Assembly (NCBI RefSeq): GCF_001194135.2
Contig: NC_069004.1
Span: 16,758,020 to 16,802,499 of the forward strand
DNA from: Octopus bimaculoides
Taxonomy: Eukaryota
Reading direction: 5' to 3'
Length of the DNA: 44,480 bases
The notes beneath the pieces are model-generated. The model did not search any database, was not told where the DNA came from, and saw only the letters and a list, made by a program, of their open reading frames with translations. Both the position numbers and the translations under genes were made by a program. This document shows positions 12,921-24,469 of this stretch, in pieces (within the stretch, counting starts at the first letter, position 1; every line of letters begins with the position of its first letter).

Positions 12921-13126
12921 TTTCTAATTTAGGCACAAGGCCAAATTTTGGAGAGGGGTTTTAGTTGAAACTATCGACCACAGTACTAGCATTTTATTCT
13001 ATCAAACCCAAAAGGATGAAAGACAAAGTTGACCTCCAGAGGATTTGAACTCAGAACGTGAAGAGCCGGAAGAAATATCCCGAGGCATTTTGCCTGACGC
13101 TCTAACGCTTCTGCCAATCCTCCAGC
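12921..13126 (-). mobile_element. MetaSINE-like tRNA SINE
   Basis: AGGCACAAGGCC...AAAGGATGAAAGACAAAGTTGACC...GATTTGAACTCAGAAC. Confidence 0.85.
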
Positions 13127-13601
13127 TTAGGACGAGGATGAAGATAATGACATCATCGTTAGTAACCTGACATCATTTCTATTTTCATCGATTCGGTTAA
13201 AGAAAACACGCACAAATATAAACCAGCGACGGAGCCTCGAACTATTAGAAATAGTAGCCAAAATGAAGGTGGATATAGAGCTAAACATCAACAAAATAAC
13301 ATATCCGCACTTTTGTAGTATAATAGAGTTTAACTGTTATGTTTTTACGCGATGTTTCGCTTCAGGGCAATGTGCAATTACTTCAACATGTATCAATTAT
13401 TAAAATAAGAAATGTCCTATTATCTGCGATAATAACACTGCTGGGAGATAAAAACAAAAATCTATCATAATGACGTTTCATATCGCCTTATGAAGCATTT
13501 ATTTGTTTCACTTTATTCGGATAACCAAGACTACTTTTGCATGTTCCCGGTTTCAGGATTTTTTAAAACTCTCAAACCCGCACTCCCTAAAGCGAAATAT
13601 A

Positions 13602-13640
<39 letters not shown>

Positions 13641-15289
13641 CTACAAAATTAATCTTGAAATTTTGTAGTTATATATGTAATGCGTGACAGTATGTATGTG
13701 TGTGCACGCCCACAAATTTTTTTCACCTTAAATTCCGATATGATCGAAATTTATACCATCTGAAAGGAGCTTGTTGAAAATTTCATTAAAAAATACTGAT
13801 TTTTCTTAAAGTTATGAGGAAACAAAGTCAGGTGGGGGCACTTGTGTAAACATGCTGTATGTTATTCAGTTTATTTCAAGATTTCTTGCCAATAGAGAAA
13901 GAGCCAGTTTCTAACCTAGATCCAAGGCTCCTTTGTTGGAATTCCAACATTAATGTATGTATGTATGCATGTATGTATGTATATGAATGTTTTTCTCTGT
14001 GTGTGTGGGTATGTATATGAATATGTTTGTGTATGTGCGACCGCGCGCACACACACCTCACTCTTAAAAACATGTACAGACATGGCTGTGTGGTTAATAG
14101 GTTCACTACTCAAGCATCTACTCTGGATTCAATCTATGTCACCCTGGGCACCGGTTTTCTTCTATTGTCTCCAGCTGATCCATAGTTTGCGTGTGGAATA
14201 TCTAAGTTAGAAGCCGGTTGTAGGCGATATTAATCATCGAGGAAGCTTGAAAAACTGGTGTTTTGTGAACGAAATAATTTTACGATATCCCTTTTTCAAC
14301 ATGTTCATGATACTCCTTTGTCAGATCTATTTACATTTGGGGGTAAAACCGAAACACAAGTAAAAACGAGACATAGAAAAAACAAAAAAGCAAAAACAAT
14401 CTACAAATTCCTGTAAAACCGACGTTCAAAGTAGATACATCAATGAAACTGGCCATTTAACAAAACCTGCACCAAACCCCAATGACATTTACGAAAGTGA
14501 CTGTAAGGAGTAGGTGCTCCTTTACTAAGCCGCTCGCGACGGCAGATCCCAATGTGTCCTTGAAACCGTATGATTGCCGCTTGCTCCTCTCCCGCGATGC
14601 CATAGACATAGCAGTCAAGGTGGGTTTCTGATCAGAAGAATTATGAGACCTAGGTATTACCGTACACAAACTGTCCTCTCTTCATTATGTAGGACTTGTA
14701 CCTGCACCATACAGCTGATGGTAAACAACTCCATCACCTTGGTTGCTCTTATTGAAACTTAGGGATAGTGGTGCTATGGATGACTTGTCTCTGACAAAGA
14801 CTTCTAGTTCTTTTTCGATCCAGAACAAAGAACCGGCATCAACTGCTGTGATTGGCAGTTAGAACACGACATGTGTCTTCGTTGGAATCAGCCATATTGA
14901 TGCTGTCGATATGTCTGTCTAAGAAAATAGAAATTTGGTGCACTCTGTGCAACATTATGTACAATCGTCTTCCATTTAGGCCCACTAAAGTTTGTTCACA
15001 AAAAACTCGTCTCACTTTAGGCTTCTACTAACCCAGAGAGAATGTTAAGAGAGATATGATCAGTTAAAACATCTTTCTGGTAAATACGTGTCCGCACTGA
15101 ATATTTGTGTATGTTTTTGTGTAACATTAGCTACTTGTATGAGAATGATCGAATTGAATTATTAGCAGTATGTATGTGCGTTAAAATGTATGTCCTCAAG
15201 GATCTTGAATGCAGAACACGATAAGTGTGCATCTAAGAATTAATACAAAGGTGCTGAGTGAAAAACTGGGCAGAAAAGGAATCATCAAA

Positions 15290-15540
15290 TGTTAGCAAGA
15301 AAGGATCTACATTGGTATTGAATATGTGATGCGTATGGATGAGGACAACTGTATAAAGAAGTGCCGATCACTTAATGTGATTGGAACTTGTGGAAGAGGG
15401 CGACCCAGGAAGATATGGAATGAAGTGATGAAGGTTGACTTCAAGACCTTGAGCCTGACGGAGGAGATTACCGAAGGACCGGGATCTCTGGCGATATGCA
15501 ATTCTCAAAAAGGTAACTGCACTCCTCAGCTAAACTGAGT
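15290..15540 (+). mobile_element. RTE ORF C-terminal fragment
   Basis: MRMDEDNCIKKC...GRGRPRKIWNEV, homologous to 7900-8040. Confidence 0.8.
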
Positions 15541-16059
15541 TCTGGAAGCGCTAAGTGTTGTGCTCTCCACCCCACGTTACAGTGACTTATACCCCTTCCA
15601 TGCATTATGCCTGCTTCCCCCCGGCTCATACAGACCACCCAACCATGTCATCGCTTTCTCTTGTCCTCCTTCTGTCAACTGTATCCGCATTACTATTCTT
15701 ACCGCTCGCCTCATCCCCTCCACTCTCTCCTGTATCCCTCTTCTCAACTCATCCACCTTTCAACCCTACCCATTTTTGCAGTCTCCCTTCCCCACCGTAT
15801 ACAATCTTGCAAACCACCCACTCAAACTTCTACTCATCTTGACACCACATTGCCTTTATCTATTTCTTTGTAGCTGTTACCGATCATTTTCTCTTGGCTC
15901 TCTCTCATCTATTAAATGTGAGTAGCCACGCAGATCCTTTACGAGAACCTGCTCTGACCCCACTCCCTTCACATAGTTTAACCCCTCGTCCTCTTGCATG
16001 GAGCTGACCCAACACCTTTCCCCAGAGTTCGTAATCCTGCATGACAACCTCAATAATGC

Positions 16060-16260
16060 AGGTGACCCGGAAAAAAACAAAACACCCAATACACACTGTG
16101 AAGTGGTTGGCGTTAGAAAGGGCATCGAGCAGTAAAAACGTTGCCAAGGCAGACATTGGGAGCACGATATAATCGTTGGACTCATCAAATCCTGTGAAAC
16201 CGTCCAACACATACCAGCATGAAACACGGACCTTAACTAATGATAATGATGATGATGACG
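16060..16260 (+). mobile_element. RTE 3'-end fragment with GAT tail
   Basis: GTGGTTGGCGTTAGAAAGGGCATC...CCAGCATGAAA...GATGATGATGA. Confidence 0.8.
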
Positions 16261-16818
16261 TGCAGGCTAAGTTTAGATAATTGCTGATAGCAGTTTTTGA
16301 CAACTGCATGAATGTTGAAGCAAGTTAGTCAGTACTCTTTTATCAAAACTTGAGATACAATTTTTTGAGGGTGTTTCAGTGTGCAGTTTTTGAGGATGCA
16401 TGCGAACGGAATTTTTATGGAAGAAAATATAACCACTTTTGTGTGTGCACAAAAGGTACAGTATATTACTCTTATTGAAGATGTCTGGAAAGAGATCATC
16501 AAATGGAAGTGATGGGAGTAGTACGAAAAAGGATTACGTTGAAAGTTGAAATAGAAGTTTTAATGAGATAGGAAAACTCTGGGAACGATATGCAACAAGA
16601 AAAAGTGCTTCAGTAGTTACACCATGGTTTTCTATAATTCTTCCATTCACACCCAAGATAAATTAAAGGAATCGACTACTTGAATGATCTTTTAATTATT
16701 TTGGTCTTTAGACTGCAGCTATGTTGGGCAACGGCCTTGAAGGATTTAGTCAAATAAATTGGGTTCTCAGTACATAAATAAGTTCAAATTATTGCCTTAT
16801 CTTCATCAGTTTTAATAT

Positions 16819-17016
16819 TGGTTTCAAATTTTGGCACAAGGCCAGCAGTTTCTGGGAAAGGATAAGTCGATTACATCCACCCCAGTGTTCGCTCATCTGG
16901 TACTTATCTTATCGACTCTGATAGGACGAAAGGCAAAGTCGACTTGGCGGAATTTGGATTCAGAAGGTAAAGACGGATTAAATGCCGCTGAGCATTTCGC
17001 CCGTCATGCTAACGAT
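16819..17016 (-). mobile_element. MetaSINE-like tRNA SINE
   Basis: GGCACAAGGCCAGC...GAAAGGCAAAGTCGACTTGGCGGAATTTG. Confidence 0.85.
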
Positions 17017-17703
17017 GTCATTAGATTTAATATTTTAAAATATGGAATCTATGCACGTGATAATTTTTTTTTCTTGTTACAAAACTAATAAAAATGGTAA
17101 AAAGAAGTGAAATAGAAGTTAGTAAATAATACATGCACACTGGGAGACAATGGCATTCTTCTCTACAAAGTTTTGAGGCAAGCTAAAACACTCGTGAAAT
17201 TAGTGCACGTTGAGGTGCGGCAACTGTAAAGTATTCTTCCATAAATCATCACTCTGTAGTGCTCCGGTTCTTTCCAATGTCTCAAATGCTTGAAAGATGT
17301 AATATATGTACAAATTACGGTATCTCAGTGTCTTATTCCGTTCAGCTACAAATGCACAAATCCCCACCTCCATCGTAGCATCAAGGACGTGTGCTGATGC
17401 GAAAGAGTCGTTCACAATAGTATCCCATTTAAGGCAGTTACCTTTTATTAAAGAACAAAGACTGAGTTCACTAGATCTTTTCTCGTCGTTTCTGGACAAT
17501 CCCACTAGCTCCAGTGGGGATATTTTCTATGGAAAGGGCTTATTTAATAATGAAATTTATCTCGCTGGGAAGCAAATGACCTGCATCTAATTAACATAAT
17601 CCATATGATACTTACAGACAATTGTTTGAATTTGTAATTCGATGTAACTGTCAACCCATTAATTAAAATGGAAATGTAGCTACGTTCATGCTTTTCTCAG
17701 ACA

Positions 17704-17892
17704 TTGGTTTCATATTTTGGTACAAGGCTTGTAATATCGGAGGAAGGGGTTAGTCGATTACCTGAACTCTAGTGTTCAACTGGTACTTATTCTATCAATC
17801 CCGGGGGCATTTTGAACTCAGAATATAAAGTCGGAAGAAATGCAGATTAAGATTTTTTTCCGGCATGGTAACGATTCTGCCAGCTCACCGGC
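17704..17892 (-). mobile_element. MetaSINE-like tRNA SINE, internally deleted
   Basis: Same termini and B-box, shortened core. Confidence 0.75.
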
Positions 17893-17942
17893 CCTATCTC
17901 AGACATTAACATCAATAAGTGAAATAATATGAAATATACCCT

Positions 17943-18234
17943 TTTCTACTTTAGGCACAAGGCCCGAAATGTTTGGGGGAGGGGGGCCAGTCGATTAGAT
18001 CGATTCCAGTACGCAACTGGTACTTAATTTATCGACCCCGAAAGGATGAAAGGCAAAGTCGACCTCGGCGGAATTTGAATTCAGAACATAAAGACAGTTC
18101 AAATTCCACCGAGGTCGACTTTGCCTTTCATCCTTTCGGGGTCGATAAATTAAGTACCAGTTGCGTACTGGAATCGATCTAATCGACTGGCCCCCTCCCC
18201 CAAAATCTCGGGCCTTGTGCCTAGAGTAAAAAAG
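17943..18234. mobile_element. Head-to-head pair of 5'-truncated MetaSINE-like copies forming a ~139-bp stem, flanked by a 17-bp direct repeat
   Basis: Arms 17943-18081 and 18096-18234; AATATGAAATATACCCT at 17926-17942 and 18235-18251. Confidence 0.92.
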
Positions 18235-18255
18235 AATATGAAATATACCCTAAAG

Positions 18256-18533
18256 CAGTGGGTCCTAAACTTTTCCGGGTTGCCGGCCCCCTTGACATCC
18301 AGGCCGCATTCCTAGCGCTCCCACCCCAACTAACCATCACGAACATAGACCTCTATCCGAAGCAAATTCAAAGCAACTGCATTTCACAAATAAAACTTAA
18401 CCTAATGAACCCATTATTTCATTTTTACATGAATCGCTACTTCATTATCACCCCACTTTTCTTCAACGCCCCGCCCCCTTGGAACTTTCCACTGTCCCCA
18501 AGGGGGCAATACCGTCTATTTTGGGAACCACTG
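18256..18533. mobile_element. hAT-type MITE
   Basis: TIRs CAGTGGGTCCTAAA and TTTGGGAACCACTG; 8-bp TSD CCCTAAAG/CCCTAAAA (7 of 8 match). Confidence 0.85.
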
Positions 18534-18609
18534 CCCTAAAAGCCATCGACTTATTTTGTTGCCATGAAGTCAAAGGGAGACAAATCCTTAAACATTACTC
18601 ATATGATTG

Positions 18610-18985
18610 CATGACCTGCTAGAAATAGCAGCCAAACATCTTTAACATCACACTCACCTTAAACGGGTGATTGAGGGGAATAAATTAACAAATGTAGTCA
18701 TATATACGGATTGGTCACAGCTGGAATGTTCGGCTTGATTAAGACTAGCTTAGACTACGTAACATATTAAAGAGTGTCTGGTACAGAGGGAGTGTTTACA
18801 TGATCTCTCGACCTTCAAGAATTAACAGCCAGATCTCCCTCAAATCACATCTTACTGTTTTCAGTAAGGAAAAAAATATATTGGAAAATATAGTCCTAGA
18901 CTTCTCCTTCCCTCCGCCAAAGACAACTGGCATATCTCTGATCATAGACCTGCTCAATCACTTTTGATTTAAAACTAAACAACAC
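18610..18985 (+). mobile_element. Two adjacent copies of the GACCTGCTAGAAATAGCAGCCAAA repeat
   Basis: Core at 18613-18637 and a variant at about 18810-18850. Confidence 0.6.
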
Positions 18986-19345
18986 TCATTTCAAAGCTTT
19001 CTATCTAGTACAAAAACGTGTTTCATTTTGCACTTTTATTAGTACAATTAATATTAAGGTCAGCTGTGACGAACCCTGACGAGCAGGTATCGTTGACCTA
19101 ACAGGATACGATTCCTAGACCGAATCATTTACTTTCATTTCCGACGTTAATGCTTTGGTAGAGATGGACTATATGTAATCTGGACCTTTCCCCCCCTTAT
19201 TAATTAATTTTTTTTTTACGGAATCCCACGTTTTAGGCTATGGAGATTCCGATTCTGAAAAAAAATTTTTTGAAAAATTTCAATCCCCCCCCCCAAGCAG
19301 GGTATTTACATGCTAGAAATAACAGCCAAATCTCACAAAACTAGT

Positions 19346-19437
19346 GTTAGGGTTAGGTTTAGGGTTAGGGTTAGGGTTTGAGTTAGGGTTAGGTTTACCC
19401 TGTGGATCTATATAAAAACCGGGGGTGGGGGTTAGGG
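19346..19437 (+). repeat. Interstitial telomere-like (TTAGGG)n tract, degenerate
   Basis: GTTAGGGTTAGGTTTAGGGTTAGGGTTAGGGTTTGAGTTAGGGTTAGGTTT at 19346-19396, plus GTTAGGG at 19431-19437. Confidence 0.85.
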
Positions 19438-20229
19438 TGCCATAGATTTCACAGACTTTTGCCGAATTCCCTCAAATTACACCTCCTTGTGTTAAAAAGG
19501 ACACATTAGCGACAAGAATGCCAGGTATACAAGACGGTATCGAGATCGTTGAGGCTGAAACGTCTTTGATCACAGGTCCCTTCGATCAGCTGAGGATTAA
19601 CAAAAGAAAAGAAAAAAATCATCTGTCGGAAAGTTAGGTTTCCGGTGACCAATGTGGGGGATGCTATTTCGCTGTTAGAGAAAGGATTAAAAACCACTTC
19701 TTCGCGTTCCTCTATTTCGTGTACAATATTCAGCCTTTGTGTTTTGTTAATGGAAAACTAATTTGTGTAGGCTAACGGCAAGAGGGGGGAAACCGAAACT
19801 GAGATCCATTGTCTCGAGTTCTAATCCAATCTGCATTGCCTCGACGACTGATACGTAAACGTTTCACTATCTTCATTAGGTGTTCCTACAGAATAGAGTC
19901 AGAAATTTTCAGAGTGTGCCAAAAACCGTAATTTATTTGAAATTGTGTGTTTGAGCCTTGTAGATTACGAACGTGTAAAAGAGGGGTGATGCTGTTTTTC
20001 AGTTTAAATAATTATTTCGGAAACTTGTTCAAATTTATGTTATACATATTTTTGAAGTATCATAATCTCAGATATTTTAAAACCGAAAAGATTAAAAAAA
20101 AAAGTCAAAATTAAAAAAATTTACAGAAAGGGAGCAGGGGCCAAAAATCCCTCTGAAAAAAAAAACAAAACAAAACTGAAGGAACGAAATCTACAATATC
20201 TAAAACACATATTAGAAGAAATTAGGGTT

Positions 20230-20422
20230 TTTGGCGCATGATATAATTTATGACTCTATTCTGCATGAATACCTTACAACTTATCATCAACGCCGAAGAA
20301 AGAAAGAAAAAGAAACACAGAGATTAAGAGAAGGAGAGTGGAAGGGAGGAGAATCGTCCCCTGCTGCACATCGTCTATGTTCAGTTTCCAACCCGGTTTT
20401 GCCCGGAAGCGGAAACGGAAGT
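20230..20422 (+). promoter_or_regulatory. Probable raptor promoter: E2F-like TTTGGCGC (20230-20237) and three tandem ETS cores CCGGAAG/CGGAAA/CGGAAGT (20403-20422)
   Basis: Motifs read directly from sequence about 0.7-0.9 kb upstream of the ATG in locally CpG-richer DNA. Tandem GGAA sites are typical of TATA-less housekeeping promoters. TSS not determined. Confidence 0.5.
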
Positions 20423-21128
20423 GTAGGTCATGTGTCTATTAATCGAGCTGCATTAGATCTGTAATATATCCTCCAACCAATATGACGGAGAACGTGTGAA
20501 TTAGGGAGAGTTGGTGATGTAAAATTCTTTCTTGATTGTAAATATTACCAAATTCTCATCTATGCTACAGAAAAAAGAAAAGGAAATGATAATAATTTCA
20601 TAGAAAAATCTAATTATTATTATTATCATCATTCTAGTGTGAAATATTTTGTCAATGTAAATTTGTAAGGAGAAGAACAATAATATTTATTGTGGGAGAA
20701 GAAATGCAAATAATTAATTTGTAATATTTATTGATGAAACTTTGTTTAACATATTAAACATGTGCACGGGTAAATTCTACAAGAGATAAAACAACTACAA
20801 GAAAAACAGACAGCTGGCTACGACGACGACTACTACTACTACTAACATCATCATCATCATCATAAAGTACAACAATTATGATAAGGATAATATAAAAACA
20901 ACATAAATTTCTCCATGAAGATGGAGAGTGGAGATGAGGTGGGAAACTGTTCTGTAGTTAGGTCGGCTGAAGTTGAAACTAGAAGTCCATTGAGTTTGTT
21001 ATCATCATCATCTTCGTCGCTGTTGTTATTATGATGGCCTGTGTGGAGGAAGTCAACTAAAGAGACCTTAAGTAAGAACATTATCAACCAAAAACCAGAA
21101 CAGTCGCCCTTCGTGTGCTGAGACAAAG

Positions 21129-21323
21129 ATGACCACCACCAGTAGCAGTACTACAGTAAATGATGATAGTCGAAGTTGTTGTAGCAGTAAAGTGTATGAG
21201 GATGAGAAAGAAGAAACTCCAGATTCCGACCGAAGACTTCCACTCGCTTTTAATCTAAGTCGCCATACGGAGAAGATTTTAGCTCCAGAAGTGTTGACAC
21301 AGACATGGAGGATGAAAGAAAGG
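21129..21323 (+). CDS. RPTOR: Raptor coding exon 1 (MTTTSSS...RRLPLAFNLSRHTEKILAPEVLTQTWRMKER)
   Basis: LPLAF..RH.EKI....L.Q.WRMK.R matches the raptor N-terminus. In-frame TAA upstream at 21069-21071. Donor AGG|gttcgt at 21324, phase 0. Confidence 0.9.
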
Positions 21324-22404
21324 GTTCGTCTCTATTATATTTATTTAAACAATTCATTTCCGCGTACCTAATAACCCATTTACCCATCTTTTATATCGAT
21401 CTGTCTGGAAGTCAATCTGACTACTTACCTCTTCATATTTGTTAATTCATAACTATATAACTATCTGTATGTAGCATTTATATTTTGGGGGTGTTTATCT
21501 CGTGTATTTTTGGCTACTTTTTCTCCCCTCGAACTATAAATGTTAAACAACTATTGATTCCTGCGACATTGTAAGCGACCCATCATTTGGATGACTCCAT
21601 CCCATTTACATATCCGAAATTCAGGACAAACGTAATGGATATTCTTCATGTGTCTTGTAATTATTTGTTGGTGTTAGAGATGTTTTATTGGGTCGTTTCA
21701 TTATAGATAGGAGGCTAGACAAGTGTGTGTGGGGTGGGGTACATAGGAAAATAGTGCTTTTAGATGAATAACACAGATGTGCGGTTAGTTTTAACAGATA
21801 ACTTTGATGGATGATAGTCAAATAGATGGCTAGACGGAAATGAAACATTCCAGGCATGCGGTAATTGTCAAACTATACGGACACAAACTAAATTGATATT
21901 CTTAGAAAATACAAATATAATATCACTTCTACTAATCTCCAGAACCTGTTACTAAAAACGGTTTATAACCTTTGAATATTAAAGGGGATTATATTTGGTT
22001 ATTTTACTATTTTAATGAATTGTGTATATTTTATTATTAATGTGGCATAAATTAGATACATGAAGACTTGTTGATATTTTACTGTCACTTTCAATCTTTT
22101 AGAACCACTTCTTGTCACCGATCTAGAACAAATAGAGACAGCCTCTGCACCGTTTCCCTCAAATCTTCCCCCTTTAATAGATAAAAAGACAAATCGGACA
22201 GTGCAGGCCTAGATAGACAAAAAGCACAGAGTAGTTACACTTGGAACGTCTTTGGTCTTTAGGTCAATCAGATCTGATGAAGGGTTAAAAAGCAACAAAC
22301 ACTATGGGACAAATAACCGTCTTTCGAGGATATTTTGGTGGAGATGTTCTCAGTAAAAGGCTGGAAAAAGGATTTTGACACAATTGTTTGGAGTCCTTTT
22401 AATA

Positions 22405-22592
22405 TTCAGATTCTTTTGTCATGACATTGTTTTGAATTAATCATGCATTAGCTTTGAGATTTCGCCAGTGGGATTGTATATCTTAGAATGACATTGTAAG
22501 GTTGGTGTAAGAAGCCAGATCTGGTCTGTTTGAACATAAAGCATGTAGAATATTTGGGCCAGATATGGCTGGTCTAAATGCTAAAGGGTTTA
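22405..22592 (+). mobile_element. Truncated copy of the TTAA-type MITE
   Basis: Matches the 3' part of 30153-30373 and ends AAATGCTAAAGGG. Confidence 0.7.
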
Positions 22593-23290
22593 ACCTTTTA
22601 TAGTATGAATGTTAAGAAATTGAATACCAGTAATATTCTATGGTCGATTTAGCTATAAAAATGGTGGTTAGACTGGACAAAAACAATGGTCAAGACTTGA
22701 TGTGCCATATAGGTAACTGATTGCTTGTTATGACCTTGAAAAAGCATAAAAATCACTGATTATTATCCCCTTCTTGCTTTATAAATCCGAGTTATGCCTA
22801 GTAACTTATGTTATTTGTCCCCTCAGGAAAAAGAATAAAGCCATACATGTTGCAACATTTTACTCACCTTTTCCTTATGAATATTAGTCGTTGAATCTAT
22901 GTTTACTATTATATTTTTCATCAAAAGAAAATATGGGTGTCTGGTGTATTGTCGGCTGTTCCACTGCTCTCCATCAACTGGTCTCAGTGCCTACTCTCCC
23001 CTTTCATTCTATAGAAAGTCAGTGGAGAGCATGAGTAACATTAGAAGACTGAGGGTGCTCTGAGTATTGATGAGGTTTTTAGGTTAATGATTATGGAGAA
23101 TCTTTGGCTTGTTGGGATTCTTATTGGGGTTACCAATTTGGGAATAATCTGTAAGATTTTGCAATGTAGTTAGTACAGTGTATCAGAAGTGTGAAATGAC
23201 TATGTACTCCCTATACACTTATATAACCCTTTTATTATTGTATTTTTAAAGAAATATATTGTTTGATTATTTCAATTAATTTCTTTTTAA

Positions 23291-24393
<1,103 letters not shown>

Positions 24394-24469
24394 TGGGTGG
24401 GTTGTATTGTTTGATTTGGAGCCTTTGGAGTCAAGGTTTATATGATAAACGATCATGGGAATCTTCTTT

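Noticed and set aside
14457-14669. Faint resemblance of LVKEHLLLTVTFVNVIG to the first TM segment of SLC1/EAAT transporters
   Set aside because: Short hydrophobic match, followed by a stop, with no other transporter exons found.
19506-19697. Minus-strand ORF with a strong acceptor near 19590 as a divergent coding exon
   Set aside because: 19470-19600 is the tail of a SINE-like repeat, and the peptide resembles nothing I recognise.
22274-22280. CTGATGA hammerhead core
   Set aside because: No downstream stem II or GAAA; it lies at an AAGGGTTAA MITE-type end.
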